64,000 nucleotides of DNA from Chlorokybus atmophyticus (Eukaryota > Plantae > Mesostigma and Chlorokybus algae): assembly GCA_009103225.1 (NCBI GenBank), contig RHPI01002090.1, forward strand, positions 706,414 through 770,413. Reading direction: 5' to 3'. The first letter of the stretch is position 1, and each line of letters begins with the position of its first letter. The position numbers and the translations under genes are program-made. Shown here piece after piece: positions 53,673 to 64,000 of this stretch. The notes beneath the pieces are model-generated. The model was given only the letters and a program-made list of their open reading frames with translations. It was not told where the DNA came from and did no database searches.

Positions 53673-55573
53673 ATGGCGTTGCAGAATGCAAGCAGGTCAG
53701 CGCTATCTCACGCTATCTCGCGCTATCTCGCGCTATTGCAGGCAGGACACACTGCAGCGGAAGAAGAAGAAGAAGGCGATCAAGACACAACGCACCGTAC
53801 GCGCAGAGGTTGGCAGGCGGCCCGCTCCAGCGTCATGCGGCTGGCCACGACTGTTATCCAAATGCTCTTTGGGCTTTTGCATACTGTGTACACAGCCGTT
53901 CACCACACCCTTCACGCCTTGGTTCGTGCGCCTGTGGTGGCAACCTCTTGCGTGATGCGCCATCTGCTTCGAGGCACCCGAGTGATTGCGTCAGTTGTCA
54001 TGAGCGGGTTGCATTCCCTATGGCATGTGGTGGCAATGATACTCCATGCTGTTGCATCGTTCCTGCATGCCAATCAGCTACTGCTCGGGTTGACCCTCGC
54101 CTCCATTGCGGTTCTGTTGGCCGTGCTCAACGGTCGTGCAGCGCAAAGAAGCCCGGTGAGTTGTAGGCGCAGCAAGGATTTTTCAAAATTGGAGGGGCTC
54201 GTTTTGTGAACTCTCAGATGTTGCTGGTGTTGAAGTCAGAGGTTCAGTTGCTTAGCGCGTGTTGTTGTGGTACCGAGCTGGTGAATGATGTTTTTTGCTT
54301 GCAGGTGGCCTTGCTATCGAAAGAGGGCGCAGAGCTACCCGATGCTCTGAAGGCGCTGTACGATTATGTTGAGGCCTTGGAGTCCAAGTTTGGTGCGCAG
54401 ACAGCCGACTTGCAAACGAAGCTGGCTGAAGTCGCTGCGCAGCGCAAGGCTAGTGAGTACGCCATCATGAATCGCTTCGCTTCCGTGGAAAGCGGCATCG
54501 ATGTAAGGTTGGGCAAAGAAAGCGTTAAGATGCAGCAAAGGTTTGAAGAAATAATGGCGCGCCTCGGTGGTATGGAGCACGCGCTGAAGCAGAGCCTCAC
54601 GGACGGTGCGTTGCATGGTGAAGTGGGCAGAGCAAATCCTGCCCTGAACGCCCTGAGTGATGTTGTGGACTCTGTATCCGAGGAACTCACACGCCGTGCG
54701 GGCACCGATGGAAGCTCTCTGCTGACAAAGTAAGTCTGTTGGGGCAGCATCCAGATATGACTCCACTGAATGAGTGTTCATGTGGTTGCAAGTGGTCAAT
54801 GCAAGTTGTGTTGCGGGTGTCAGTACCTTCGTGCGCTGCATATCATGTAGCTGAAGCTGTATACTGTATGTTGCAGGGAGGCTGCTCTGGAATTGATATC
54901 TGCAGAGTTAGACAAGTTTGCTGCTGATGGAACAGGGCGCGCAGATTTTGCACTATATAGTGGTGGTGGGCGGGTAATTGCGCACTCTGCGCTGCATCCG
55001 TCTTTTATGAAAGACGACTCCCTTGTAACCTTGATAAAGAGTGTTCCAGGCTATCTCTTTAAGGCCAGCTCCGTCCATGTGCATCCTGAGGCCGACAAGC
55101 GGCTGCTGCTTCCTGGTGCTGAGCTCCCAGGCGACTGCTTACCACTCAATGGCAGCAATGGCTACGTCGATGTTTCCCTTAGGGAGCATATCATACCAGA
55201 TGCTGTAACCATTCAACACATACCTCAGGTAACAACACGTACAATTCATGGGCAAGCGTGAATCTGCTTCTGTCACTTGTGTGCTTATGTTTCATGACCC
55301 CAGGAAATTGCCTATGACGTTCGAAGTGCACCAAGGAGTGTAGCAATCTACGCCTGGAGTAGTAAAGACCCAACGGAAATGCACCACTTCTGTGGTGATT
55401 TCCAGTATAGCGTGGCAGGCAGACCAGCCCAGCTATTCTCCTTGCAGAAGCCGCCGCAAGCATGCAATCGCGTACGGTTTCACATCTTGTCAAATCACGG
55501 GCATCCAAACTATACGTGCTTATACAGAATCCGCGTGCATGGCGAGCCGCTCCCACCTACAGAGCCATTCTAG
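53673..55573 (+). CDS. SUN: C-terminal SUN-domain inner nuclear membrane protein (SUN1/2 type)
   Basis: TM segment LLLGLTLASIAVLLAVL, a coiled-coil exon (54305-54730), then ELDKFAADGTGRADFALYSGGGRVIAHS, PGDCLPLNGSNGYVDVSLREHIIPDAVTIQHIP and VRFHILSNHGHPNYTCLYRIRVHG. Start uncertain. Confidence 0.92.
53701..53740. repeat. 10-bp tandem repeat (CGCTATCTCR) x4, last copy degenerate
   Basis: cgctatctca cgctatctcg cgctatctcg cgctattgca read directly. Confidence 0.9.
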
Positions 55574-55691
55574 GTGGTGCTGTTTGCTGCAGTAGTTAGA
55601 CAAAAGTTGTATTTATAAGACTTCTGTGTTAGCCTTGACAAGTGTACAGCAGCGTTTTACTTGGAACGTGTTTCGGTTGGTAGGCACCCAG

Positions 55692-58191
55692 CTACAGTTG
55701 CCAGCCTGCACTGAAGAAAGGATGATTCGTGCATGATTCAGCGGTTGGTCTGGCTTTGTAGTCCTTATTGAGCATGGCCTGTGCAGCACAGAGGTAGGTA
55801 AAAATACATGTTGCATACTATCCACTGCGCAAACATGCACACGGGCTACATTGTACCTGCAAGAGGTCCCAGCCAGCCTGATTGCCTGCGTCCAAAAACT
55901 CCACAGCATCTGCCCAGCGATCATCGGCAGCACAGTAGTCCCTCGCTGCAGCAACATCTAGCCGGAACGTGCTTTCAAGCAACCGCTGGGTTGACGGGCC
56001 ATCAATAGAACCAGGTTGACAAAAGGGCACAAAACACATGTACGCAACAAGTAGCCCAGCTGCATACCTGTGTACAGCACCGTATGATTAGTAATGAGCG
56101 TAGATTCCAGTAGTGTACGTCAAGTTGCATGACAGAAGACCACCCAGTGCTAGACTGCTTGCAAACTCACGCCATGTCCAGTGCGAACAGAATGTTACAG
56201 CACTTGTAGATTTGCACTCACATGTCATCGGCAACTCCAAATGTGCGCCTTGCAAAGCCCGCCTTCGCACCAGCCAGCGCAGCACGCCGCCACAAGTCCT
56301 CTGCCAAGCTGTTGCCTACACCGCATACAGTATGTTTACAGAAAGACTTGGCACCTAGCAGACATGGTGACAACCCAACAAGACAGCCATGCAGTGAGTA
56401 GCACAAACCTGGGCCAGCTTCAATGGGCTGTGAAGCTGCAGCTGTGCTTCTATCCCACAACTCTCCTAGTGTTGGTCCACCAAAGAGCGCTGTTTCCCTA
56501 ATATGCTCTTTTAGTAAGACACATGTCTGACACCAAAACAGCACGTGTATAGTCTCACCTAACGTCAACAGAAAATGCGAGATCTTTCAGTCGTGCGGTA
56601 AGCGTCGCCACGTCCATCTCCTGTGTCGTGCTCAGCACCACAGAAGCAGGCCCTAAACTCTGCAGCGACAGACAGCATCAGTTAGTGGCCGCACACCTAT
56701 AGCAAAGGTGTGCAAAGCATGCTGGACACTGCCCATGCCAAACACAGAACGAGTTGAACACCTGATGCAGGAAGCCGTTTGCATGCATGAACGCTAAGCC
56801 TTGGAAGACTTGCGCAAGTAACTTCAGCACAAAGCGCCTTCTCCTACGAAGCATGCGCTGTCGATCCCATCTGTCAAAGAAATCCCCCTGTGCACACAAT
56901 CACAAAGCATTGCATCAGTAACTATGCTGAAGAGACAGGCGTTCAGCTTTACACACACAACTTATAAATGTAGCCTACCACGCCTGACAGGACTAGTGCG
57001 TACCTGTCCAACAGCCACCCCTCTAGCACCTGCCTCGCTTGCAGCAGCTGCATACTCTGCAGCCGTTACAGTGCCCTCATTCCTAAAGACAAGCCACTGC
57101 TCACCGGCGCTTGTCTGAAAGCCTCCCAGCAGAAAACAGAGGTGCTGCGACATCTTGTCCTCGGGTATGACGGGTGGCTGAAGAGCGGCATGCGCTGCCA
57201 GCTCATTGGCCGCCATCGCGTCCGCGTCAAGGCTTTCTTTGCGAGACGGATATGCTTTCAGAAGCACGCGAGCATTACTCCGAGGACCGCGCACCACGCG
57301 TCCAGTGTACAACTTAGCCTGCGCGCAACGAATCGTGAGCAATGGTCACTGGGCAATCATGCATGAAAGCGAAACAGTAAAACTCTGCTCACTGCTACTG
57401 TTGTTAGAAGCAATAGCAGCAGTGGACACTGCTGCTGCTATGCCACTGCTGCTGCTCCATCAGTAGTGACAATGCTCTACGCATAACCATCACTGCTCAC
57501 CATGTTTCAGGTCAAGCAGCATACGGGGACCATGCACGTCATACCTGTACGCCTCCAGCTTGCAACTCCTGTCTGCCCAAGTTTCCAAGTCCGCGTGTGT
57601 CGACTCCAAGTGAGCCAAAACTGCCAAGGCTCCCTGATGGGTTGTCATCGTCATCGTCGTCTTCCCTGCTTGTGCCGGGAGCGTAACTCGAGACGCTCAT
57701 GTAGCCCACTGTGCCCAAAGTGCGCTCCACTACAAAATCCTATGGCCAAAACAGTACAGTCTGCGACGTGCTGATGGTGCTTGGAATGCTGTTGCTGTCT
57801 TAAGCTGCTATGTACATGCCACGAGTGGAACCAACGCGGATGACTTGCACTTGTCACACGGGAAAGCACTTCATGCCAAGTGACTACCTCGCTTCATATA
57901 AAGTTTGCAATCTTACATACCAAGGTCTGTGCGCAATGGTGGGAAAAGGCAACTTGTGGCTGAGATTTTGTGTATCCATATGCAGTCCGCAGCTGCATGC
58001 ACGTTTAAAATACGCACCCTTGCGTCAAAAAGCGTGATGCTGGCAACCGTCGGCTGGCGCCGTGCGCTTGCCCTGAGCCGGGTTCTCCTCCTCCTCCTGG
58101 AAGATGAGACGCCGCTCGGCAGCAGCGGAGCTGTCCTCAAAATTGTCCATGCGGACGTCATACCCAACCCCGCCGCCGACGCTGCCGCCAT
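55692..58191 (-). CDS. Protein-kinase-fold protein with non-canonical catalytic loop (probable pseudokinase), putative plastid transit peptide
   Basis: Ser/Ala/Arg-rich N-terminus; VLLKAYPS, DAMAANEL, GEQWLVFRNEG, GLAFMHANGFLHQ|SLGPASVVL, LKDLAFSVD, AGWDLLQ|AMLNKDYKARPTAESCTNHPFF. Stop at 55692. Confidence 0.8.
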
Positions 58192-58361
58192 ACTGCCTTC
58201 CCGCCTGCACCTACTGCGACCAAAGTTGCATGGGCGCCACTGTGTGCATGCTTGTGCTCAGCATGCTGGGTGTAAGCAGGCGGCGGCGACGATGGGGTTG
58301 GGGTAGGCAGGGGCGGCGGTGACGCCTCGGTCGTTGACAGCCTCCAGCCTCAACTGCAGGG

Positions 58362-61300
58362 ATGGAAGCCTCAGCGCCTGGAAAGGTGAGGCGGAGACAG
58401 GCTTGATGTATGTTTTGCGGTTCAGCAGCAGCTGATGCTGATGGTGCTTGGAGTGCTTGCTGCCCAGACAGCTGTTGTTGCTGGTGCGTTCAGGTAATCT
58501 TGTTTGGGGAGCATGCTGTGGTGCACGGCAAGGCGGCGGTGGCCGCCAGCATCGGCTTGCGCACCACCGCGAGGTGCGTGCCGCTGCCGCAGGACAAGCA
58601 GGTGCTTGAGCTGCACCTGGCCGAGTTCGACTTGGTCTGCACTTGGAGCGCCGCTCAAGTGGCCAGCGTGGCGGTTGATACGGTTACTGAAGCAGCTGGT
58701 GCGTGCTTGCACGGTTGCTCATGAAATGCAACAGAAATGTACACAACATGCAGCGCAAAGGCTGGCTTGGGCTTTGTAACAATTGTATGGGGTGATCGAT
58801 CGATCAGCCTGTGATATGGCTCCACCCATTGAGCCATGCTTAAGGTGTTTCAGCTGTGCTTGTTTGAGAATGCACGCATGCAGATGGTGTGGTGTGCCGT
58901 GCCACTGACTGTCCGATCAATGTATGTGTCGTGCAAGAGTTGCTCGTCGAAACACCAGTCGCATGCACACAGCAGCTAGTCATGGAGGTAGAGACGCCTT
59001 TCTTACTTCCTTTGGGCAGACTCTCGTGGCGTGAAGCAGGCAACACCGGAGATGGTGGCAGCGTTGATGCCGCTTGTCGATCAGCAGCTGCAGCAGACCG
59101 CTGCCGATGAAGCTCTCTCCAGCCGCCTGTCCGCAGCACTCCTGGCATTCCTGTTCTTGTACACCGGCATGCTAAGGTGAGCCCTACTATGTCATAACGG
59201 CCTTCTACACATCTGCCGCTTGTTAATGGTAGAGAGGTGGGTTACACATGCATGGCATCCCACCTTTCCCAAACATGTAGTTATTCCCGCCTCCTTTGCA
59301 TATGCGCATGCGTGTGACTGGTGTTCGTGGCCATGCCATTTATTGGCATGCCACCTCTTCCCAAACTTGTTACCCCACACCCACCCACCCACCCCCCTCT
59401 CCACCCACCCACACCATTGCCCCTCCCACATCACAAATTTGTGCATGCGCGGTTGGTGTGTCTGTGGCCAGCTGCCAGGTTTACTATCGTCATTCTTACC
59501 TCCACACACCTGGGGCGCAGAGGCTGTTCGGTGCAGGTGGTTGTCACGTCGCAGCTACCTGTCGGAGCTGGTCTGGGTTCATCCGCAGCTTATTGCGTCT
59601 CGCTAGCGGCTGTTCTTCTTTCATGCGCTCAGTCGTTCAGCACAGATGGCGAAGGGAATGCAATGAAAGGGTTAACAGAGATGGGCAGTACGCAGGACAA
59701 GAAGGCTACCACAAAGCGCATGCGCCTGACACCAAGAAACTTGGAGTTGATCAACGCCTGGGCATTCCAGGCTGAAAGGCTACTACATGGCAACCCATCA
59801 GGAGTTGACAACACCGTTAGCACTTTTGGTATGTTTTCTGGGCGCTTCCTCTTGTTGCTGGGATAGCCAGCTTTTGGTAACCCGGCATGCATTGCAGGAG
59901 GATACATCAAGTTTCGGCTTACTATCGAGGGTCCAGAATCCGCACCCGTTCCAGAGTACGTACTTTCTTACAGCCTTGCGATGCATTCGACCACGTGCTC
60001 TGCTTGCTGTCAATGCATGGGTCATTGACGGGCATGCAGTGTGCCAGGTTTGCGTATTCTGCTAACTGACACCAAAGTGCCTCGCAACACCAAGGCAATT
60101 GTCGCGGGGGTGGCAGCCAGAGCAGCGCAGAAGCCTGCACTGTATTCAAACCTTTTCAACACGGTCTGTTGAGCACGTGCAGTGCATGCCTGGACATTCG
60201 CATAGCCTGGTGTGATACTTCTATTGCATTGCAGATAGATAGCGTATCAGAAGCATGCATGCAAGCGTTTGCTGACTACCAAGCCGATGTGGCAAGCGGT
60301 GAGTCCCGATGGTGTGATTGGTTACGTCACACAGGCGTTTCGCTTGCTTGATCTGTTCATTCCTGCCACATGTGTTGTTTGACACATGTGGTTGAGTCTT
60401 ATGTATGAGCAGTGTCTGCCATTCCCAAGATGGCAATTGGCGATCGCGTTGTGCATCGCCACAGCTACGCGAGAGGGGTTATCAAGTCGCTGCATCCGAC
60501 ACACCTGAAGTATGTTGTTCAGTGGGATGCTGATGAAGACTCTTTTGCGCCCGCCATACGCCATCGATACACCAATCATGAGTTTCTTCACCCTCAATTC
60601 CAGGGTGAGCGTTGCACTAGATTGTCCTTGCAGATGTGTCGGCCAACCTGTCACGCAAAAGACTGGTGGCTTAATGGCCAGAACTGTATGTTTTCCTTGG
60701 CAGGTGTACAGGAGAAACCTATGCAGAAAGGTCAAAGAGTTCGGGTGATCCTTGGCAAGCACTATGGCAAGGAAGGCGGCATTGATGTGTTCAGTCCAAA
60801 GCGATCCACAATAGTGTCTGATCATGATGGTGTACGATTGCGCCTGTATAACACGGACCTGCATGTGATTGATACTCCACCCGCCGCAGGTAGAACTCTC
60901 GTTACTGAACGCAACATGTTTGCAAGATGTTCTCTTGTTGTAGAACGCATGCTGTCTGTTGTGCTGCTCATTCCCATGCGGTTGTGTGGAGTATGTGGTA
61001 TGTTGTACTCGAATGCCAATCGCTGGCGTACTTGACACGTTACAGATGCTGAACCTAAGCTCTTGACCGCTTGACAGTTCAGTCATCCCTGCAGGTGGCA
61101 CCTGTGCAGGAGCCGGTGTACACAACTTTTTGGACATCATGCAGGTTAGTCAAAACCGACCGTTTGATAGATGATAGTTCACTGCCAGCTTTTAGGTCGT
61201 AGCTGGCAGCGTAACATGCTGCTTGTTGCAGGACCTGATGCGAATCAATCAGCATCTGTTGGGTTGCATTGGGGTGTCACACCCAGCCATAGACACAACA

Positions 61301-61633
61301 TGTCGCATCACTTCCGAGTACGGATTGCAGTCAAAGCTTACAGGAGCTGGTGGTGGAGGCTGTGTGGTCACCATTCTTCCGTCAGGTAGCTTTGTAACGC
61401 CTCAGGCGTACTACTTGTGCTGTTGTGTGAGTAGCAATGGTATCTAGATGCCAACGCCGTTACATGCGGTGGTGATTGCAGGCATAGTTGCGGCTTCGGT
61501 GACTGAGCTCCAGCAGCGCCTCCAGGCAAACAACTACAGGTGCTTTGAAGTGGAGGCTGGGGGTGACGGAGTGCAGCTTCAAGTTTTAAGGGACGGCAAG
61601 GCAGGCGGCAAGGCCCAGGAGGCCGCATCGTAG
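58362..61633 (+). CDS. MVK: Mevalonate kinase (GHMP family)
   Basis: MEASAPGK|[17 protein letters not shown]; [15 protein letters not shown]; [20 protein letters not shown]; [15 protein letters not shown]; [16 protein letters not shown]; [12 protein letters not shown]. Stop at 61633. Confidence 0.95.
60413..60889 (+). CDS. Two symmetric phase-1 exons encoding SH3/KOW-like barrels inside the MVK gene (cassette exons or nested gene)
   Basis: AG|60413-60604|GTGAG (192 nt, [33 protein letters not shown]) and CAG|60704-60889|GTAG (186 nt, [26 protein letters not shown]-like). Both are in frame with the flanking MVK exons that end at 60298 and start at 61095. Confidence 0.65.
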
Positions 61634-62968
61634 GGCTGCCGCCAGTGCCAAATGGTTGCTTTCTGGCCATTCCTCAAGCATAGCCGCGTTCAGGCAAGCA
61701 CCTGTGCGATAAACGAGTTGCAGCCACCAGCATGTCTCACTGATTCAGCAGAGGTCTACTGATGGGATGGCCTTGCAGATTGGCACCATTCATCCATGGC
61801 CCAATATTGACAGTTGCCAACCAGTGCAGTCAACTACATGGATCACAGGCTGCCAAAGCAGGGCATGCACGTACTGAGGTGGTCTGGCTCCCAGATTTGT
61901 TATCAGTTAGACGCTCAGAACATGCTGGGCATCAACGTGCTTTGCTTTAATCTCATGATGCAGCTGGAAGCGACAGAGGTTCGGGAACTGGCATGCAGTC
62001 TGCTTTGTGACAAGACACATGCTGGTATGGCATGTGTGCCCAGTCAAGTGGCAGCATGAGCAGGACAGGAGGATTGGCAGGGCAAAACTTCTTCTTTGCT
62101 GCGTGGGTTGATGGCGGTGTATGATGCCAACAACACTCCTCCTTCCACGTGATGCGGAAATGGAGGATGCAGAATGCGCTTTACAGATGTATACACGCAA
62201 ACTGTTAATAATGGTGCATATTATTTACTCTTCGCCACAACTTGGTAACAACAAGTGTTGGTTACCGTACTCTTATTGTTTGTTTCTCCTCCCCTCAACA
62301 AGTTCTTAGCGTTTCGGCCTTTGATATCAGAGGGGCGGGTCATGAAGCATCCTTCATGTTGCAGTATTGAGGCTGCTATCTTAACATGCAAGTAGTGGTC
62401 ATCCAGCGTCAAGTGCCACTGATGCTTGGAGCTTTATGCTAATGTTTGTTGACCTTTCCATATTCCATTGGTTAGCACTCAGTTTTAAATTAGGTAACGA
62501 GACACATTGCAGTGGCAGTAGACGGCGGGCGCAGGGAATTTGCACTCATGTGATGGTCTGTAGAAAGGCAACATGATGGCAATTATATGCACGATAGGAG
62601 AATGGGTTGTAGAAGCACACAACACCAGAGCAGCACAGTGTAGCACAGCACAATGGTCATCAAGAGCAACAGCATCAATAACAACAGCATGGGCTGGCCC
62701 AGGCCCCTACTATCTGAACAGTAAACAATAGCACGCAAGCAAACGCAAAGGCGAGGCGGCAGACAGCGTCGTTGGCGAGGTGGCACGCACAAGCAGCGGT
62801 GACGATGACTGGCATGCTGACGCACCTGGTACACAAGCGCCACACCGTGTGGCGCTTGTGTACCAGGTGGCCCACACGTTAGCAACTGCCAGTGTGGGGC
62901 AGTGCTAACTGTGGCGGCGGTTGGTTTCGTGTGGCCTTTGCAATCGGCTGCACCCAATCACAACTGCA

Positions 62969-64000
62969 CTAAAATGGCTGCAACGGTCTCAAGATAGTTA
63001 GGCATTGGCAAATGCAAACATGACCCAAAAAAGCGGTTATGGGACTCATGCTTCCCGCAATGTGCCCACCTTTCGTGCTATCATGTGATACAAATGCTTT
63101 GCTGTCAGCCCATACAACCCGTGGCAATCTGATCATGCGTCCACGCAGCTTTGCAAGCAAACGACAACTGTAACCTTGCATGCACATGTCCATAATCAAC
63201 TCCAACATGCTTGCCACAAAGTCCGACTTGAATGAGCATAAACGTGCAAAGCAGACATACTGGCTTGTAATGACACCATACTTGCAGTTTTATGCAGATC
63301 TGAATGCGGATGTGGAGCATGAGTGAGTAGGATGGCATGAAACTGTGGTTGCTTCTTTTTGCTATAGATGGCCGTGCACAAACCCACTGTTCGCTGCTGA
63401 AAGACATGCATGTCAAGGAATGGTACTGCTCCACCAGGTGCAAACTCATTCAACTATAACATGCTTTCAAAACAAATGCCACCGTGTAATGCAATTGGTG
63501 ACTGGTACATTACATCCTTAAAATCTGAAATGTCGTGCACGAACAAATCATCCACATAACGCACGCTAAATGCATGTTTCTCTACGAGGGCTTAGTCCCC
63601 GAGAGCAATAAAACGGTGCATGAACTCCAACTCACACATGAAAAATAAGAAGTCCGCAAGAAAAACCTGCGTTGTTACCCATCGTGATGCCGATGACTTG
63701 TTGATACACTGCATCTGCTGCGTCTTGAACATACAATTGATCAATCACAAAGTTGAAATGTGCGATTAAAGTTCTGGCAGTGTACACTCTTTGAGATCAT
63801 GTGAGACGCTATGCCATGACACGGTACCATTCAGGTGCGTCTTCACCGTCCTTGCAATCTATTAGCAATGAATGGTGTGCATGTGTGGCTTGAAATTCAA
63901 ACACGCATTGCACAAACTTGGCCTTACGTTCACGCAACTGTGCATGCTCAAGACATCTAGCGTCATGAGGTGCTTGTTTGCTGTTTACTTGGCTTGTTGA
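62969..64000 (-). mobile_element. Decayed Penelope-like retroelement reverse transcriptase (RT core and thumb), 5' part outside window
   Basis: Minus-strand peptides HFNFVIDQLYV..VYQQVIGITMG, RYVDDLF (63547-63561), VPFLDM..TAIYSKK and KYGVITSQY.CFARLC occur in RT order, broken by stops and frameshifts. Confidence 0.8.

Noticed and set aside
61900-62960. Cys/His-rich minus-strand ORF fragments downstream of the PLE RT
   Set aside because: No coherent zinc-finger or GIY-YIG pattern, and no hammerhead core (CTGATGA...GAAA) seen.

Overview
Intron-rich eukaryotic nuclear DNA from a green plant. Plant-type MTP5, BOB1 and DDA1, an axonemal dynein and a mevalonate kinase together suggest a flagellate-forming streptophyte alga (inference). 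Genes in order: tandem-DEDDh exonuclease (-, cut by the window edge), MTP5-type cation diffusion facilitator with a His-rich N-terminus (+), fucosyltransferase (-), a TE block containing a TIR/TA-flanked pogo-like element with a dead transposase, V-ATPase subunit G (+), VPS33 (-), NudC/BOBBER1 (+), a 78-aa membrane microprotein (-), DDA1 (-), an AT-rich decayed block, a ~19 kb DNAH1/DHC2-like dynein heavy chain (-), a SUN-domain protein (+), a plastid-type pseudokinase (-), mevalonate kinase (+) and a decayed Penelope-like RT (-, cut by the edge). Best leads: (1) two symmetric phase-1 exons encoding SH3/KOW-like barrels inside the mevalonate kinase gene; (2) a complete dynein heavy chain whose AAA1 lacks the Walker B Glu and sensor-I Asn; (3) an internally duplicated DEDDh nuclease with a dead first domain and an intact second. 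Exon structures and family calls were made by eye from splice signals and remembered family motifs; no database search was run.
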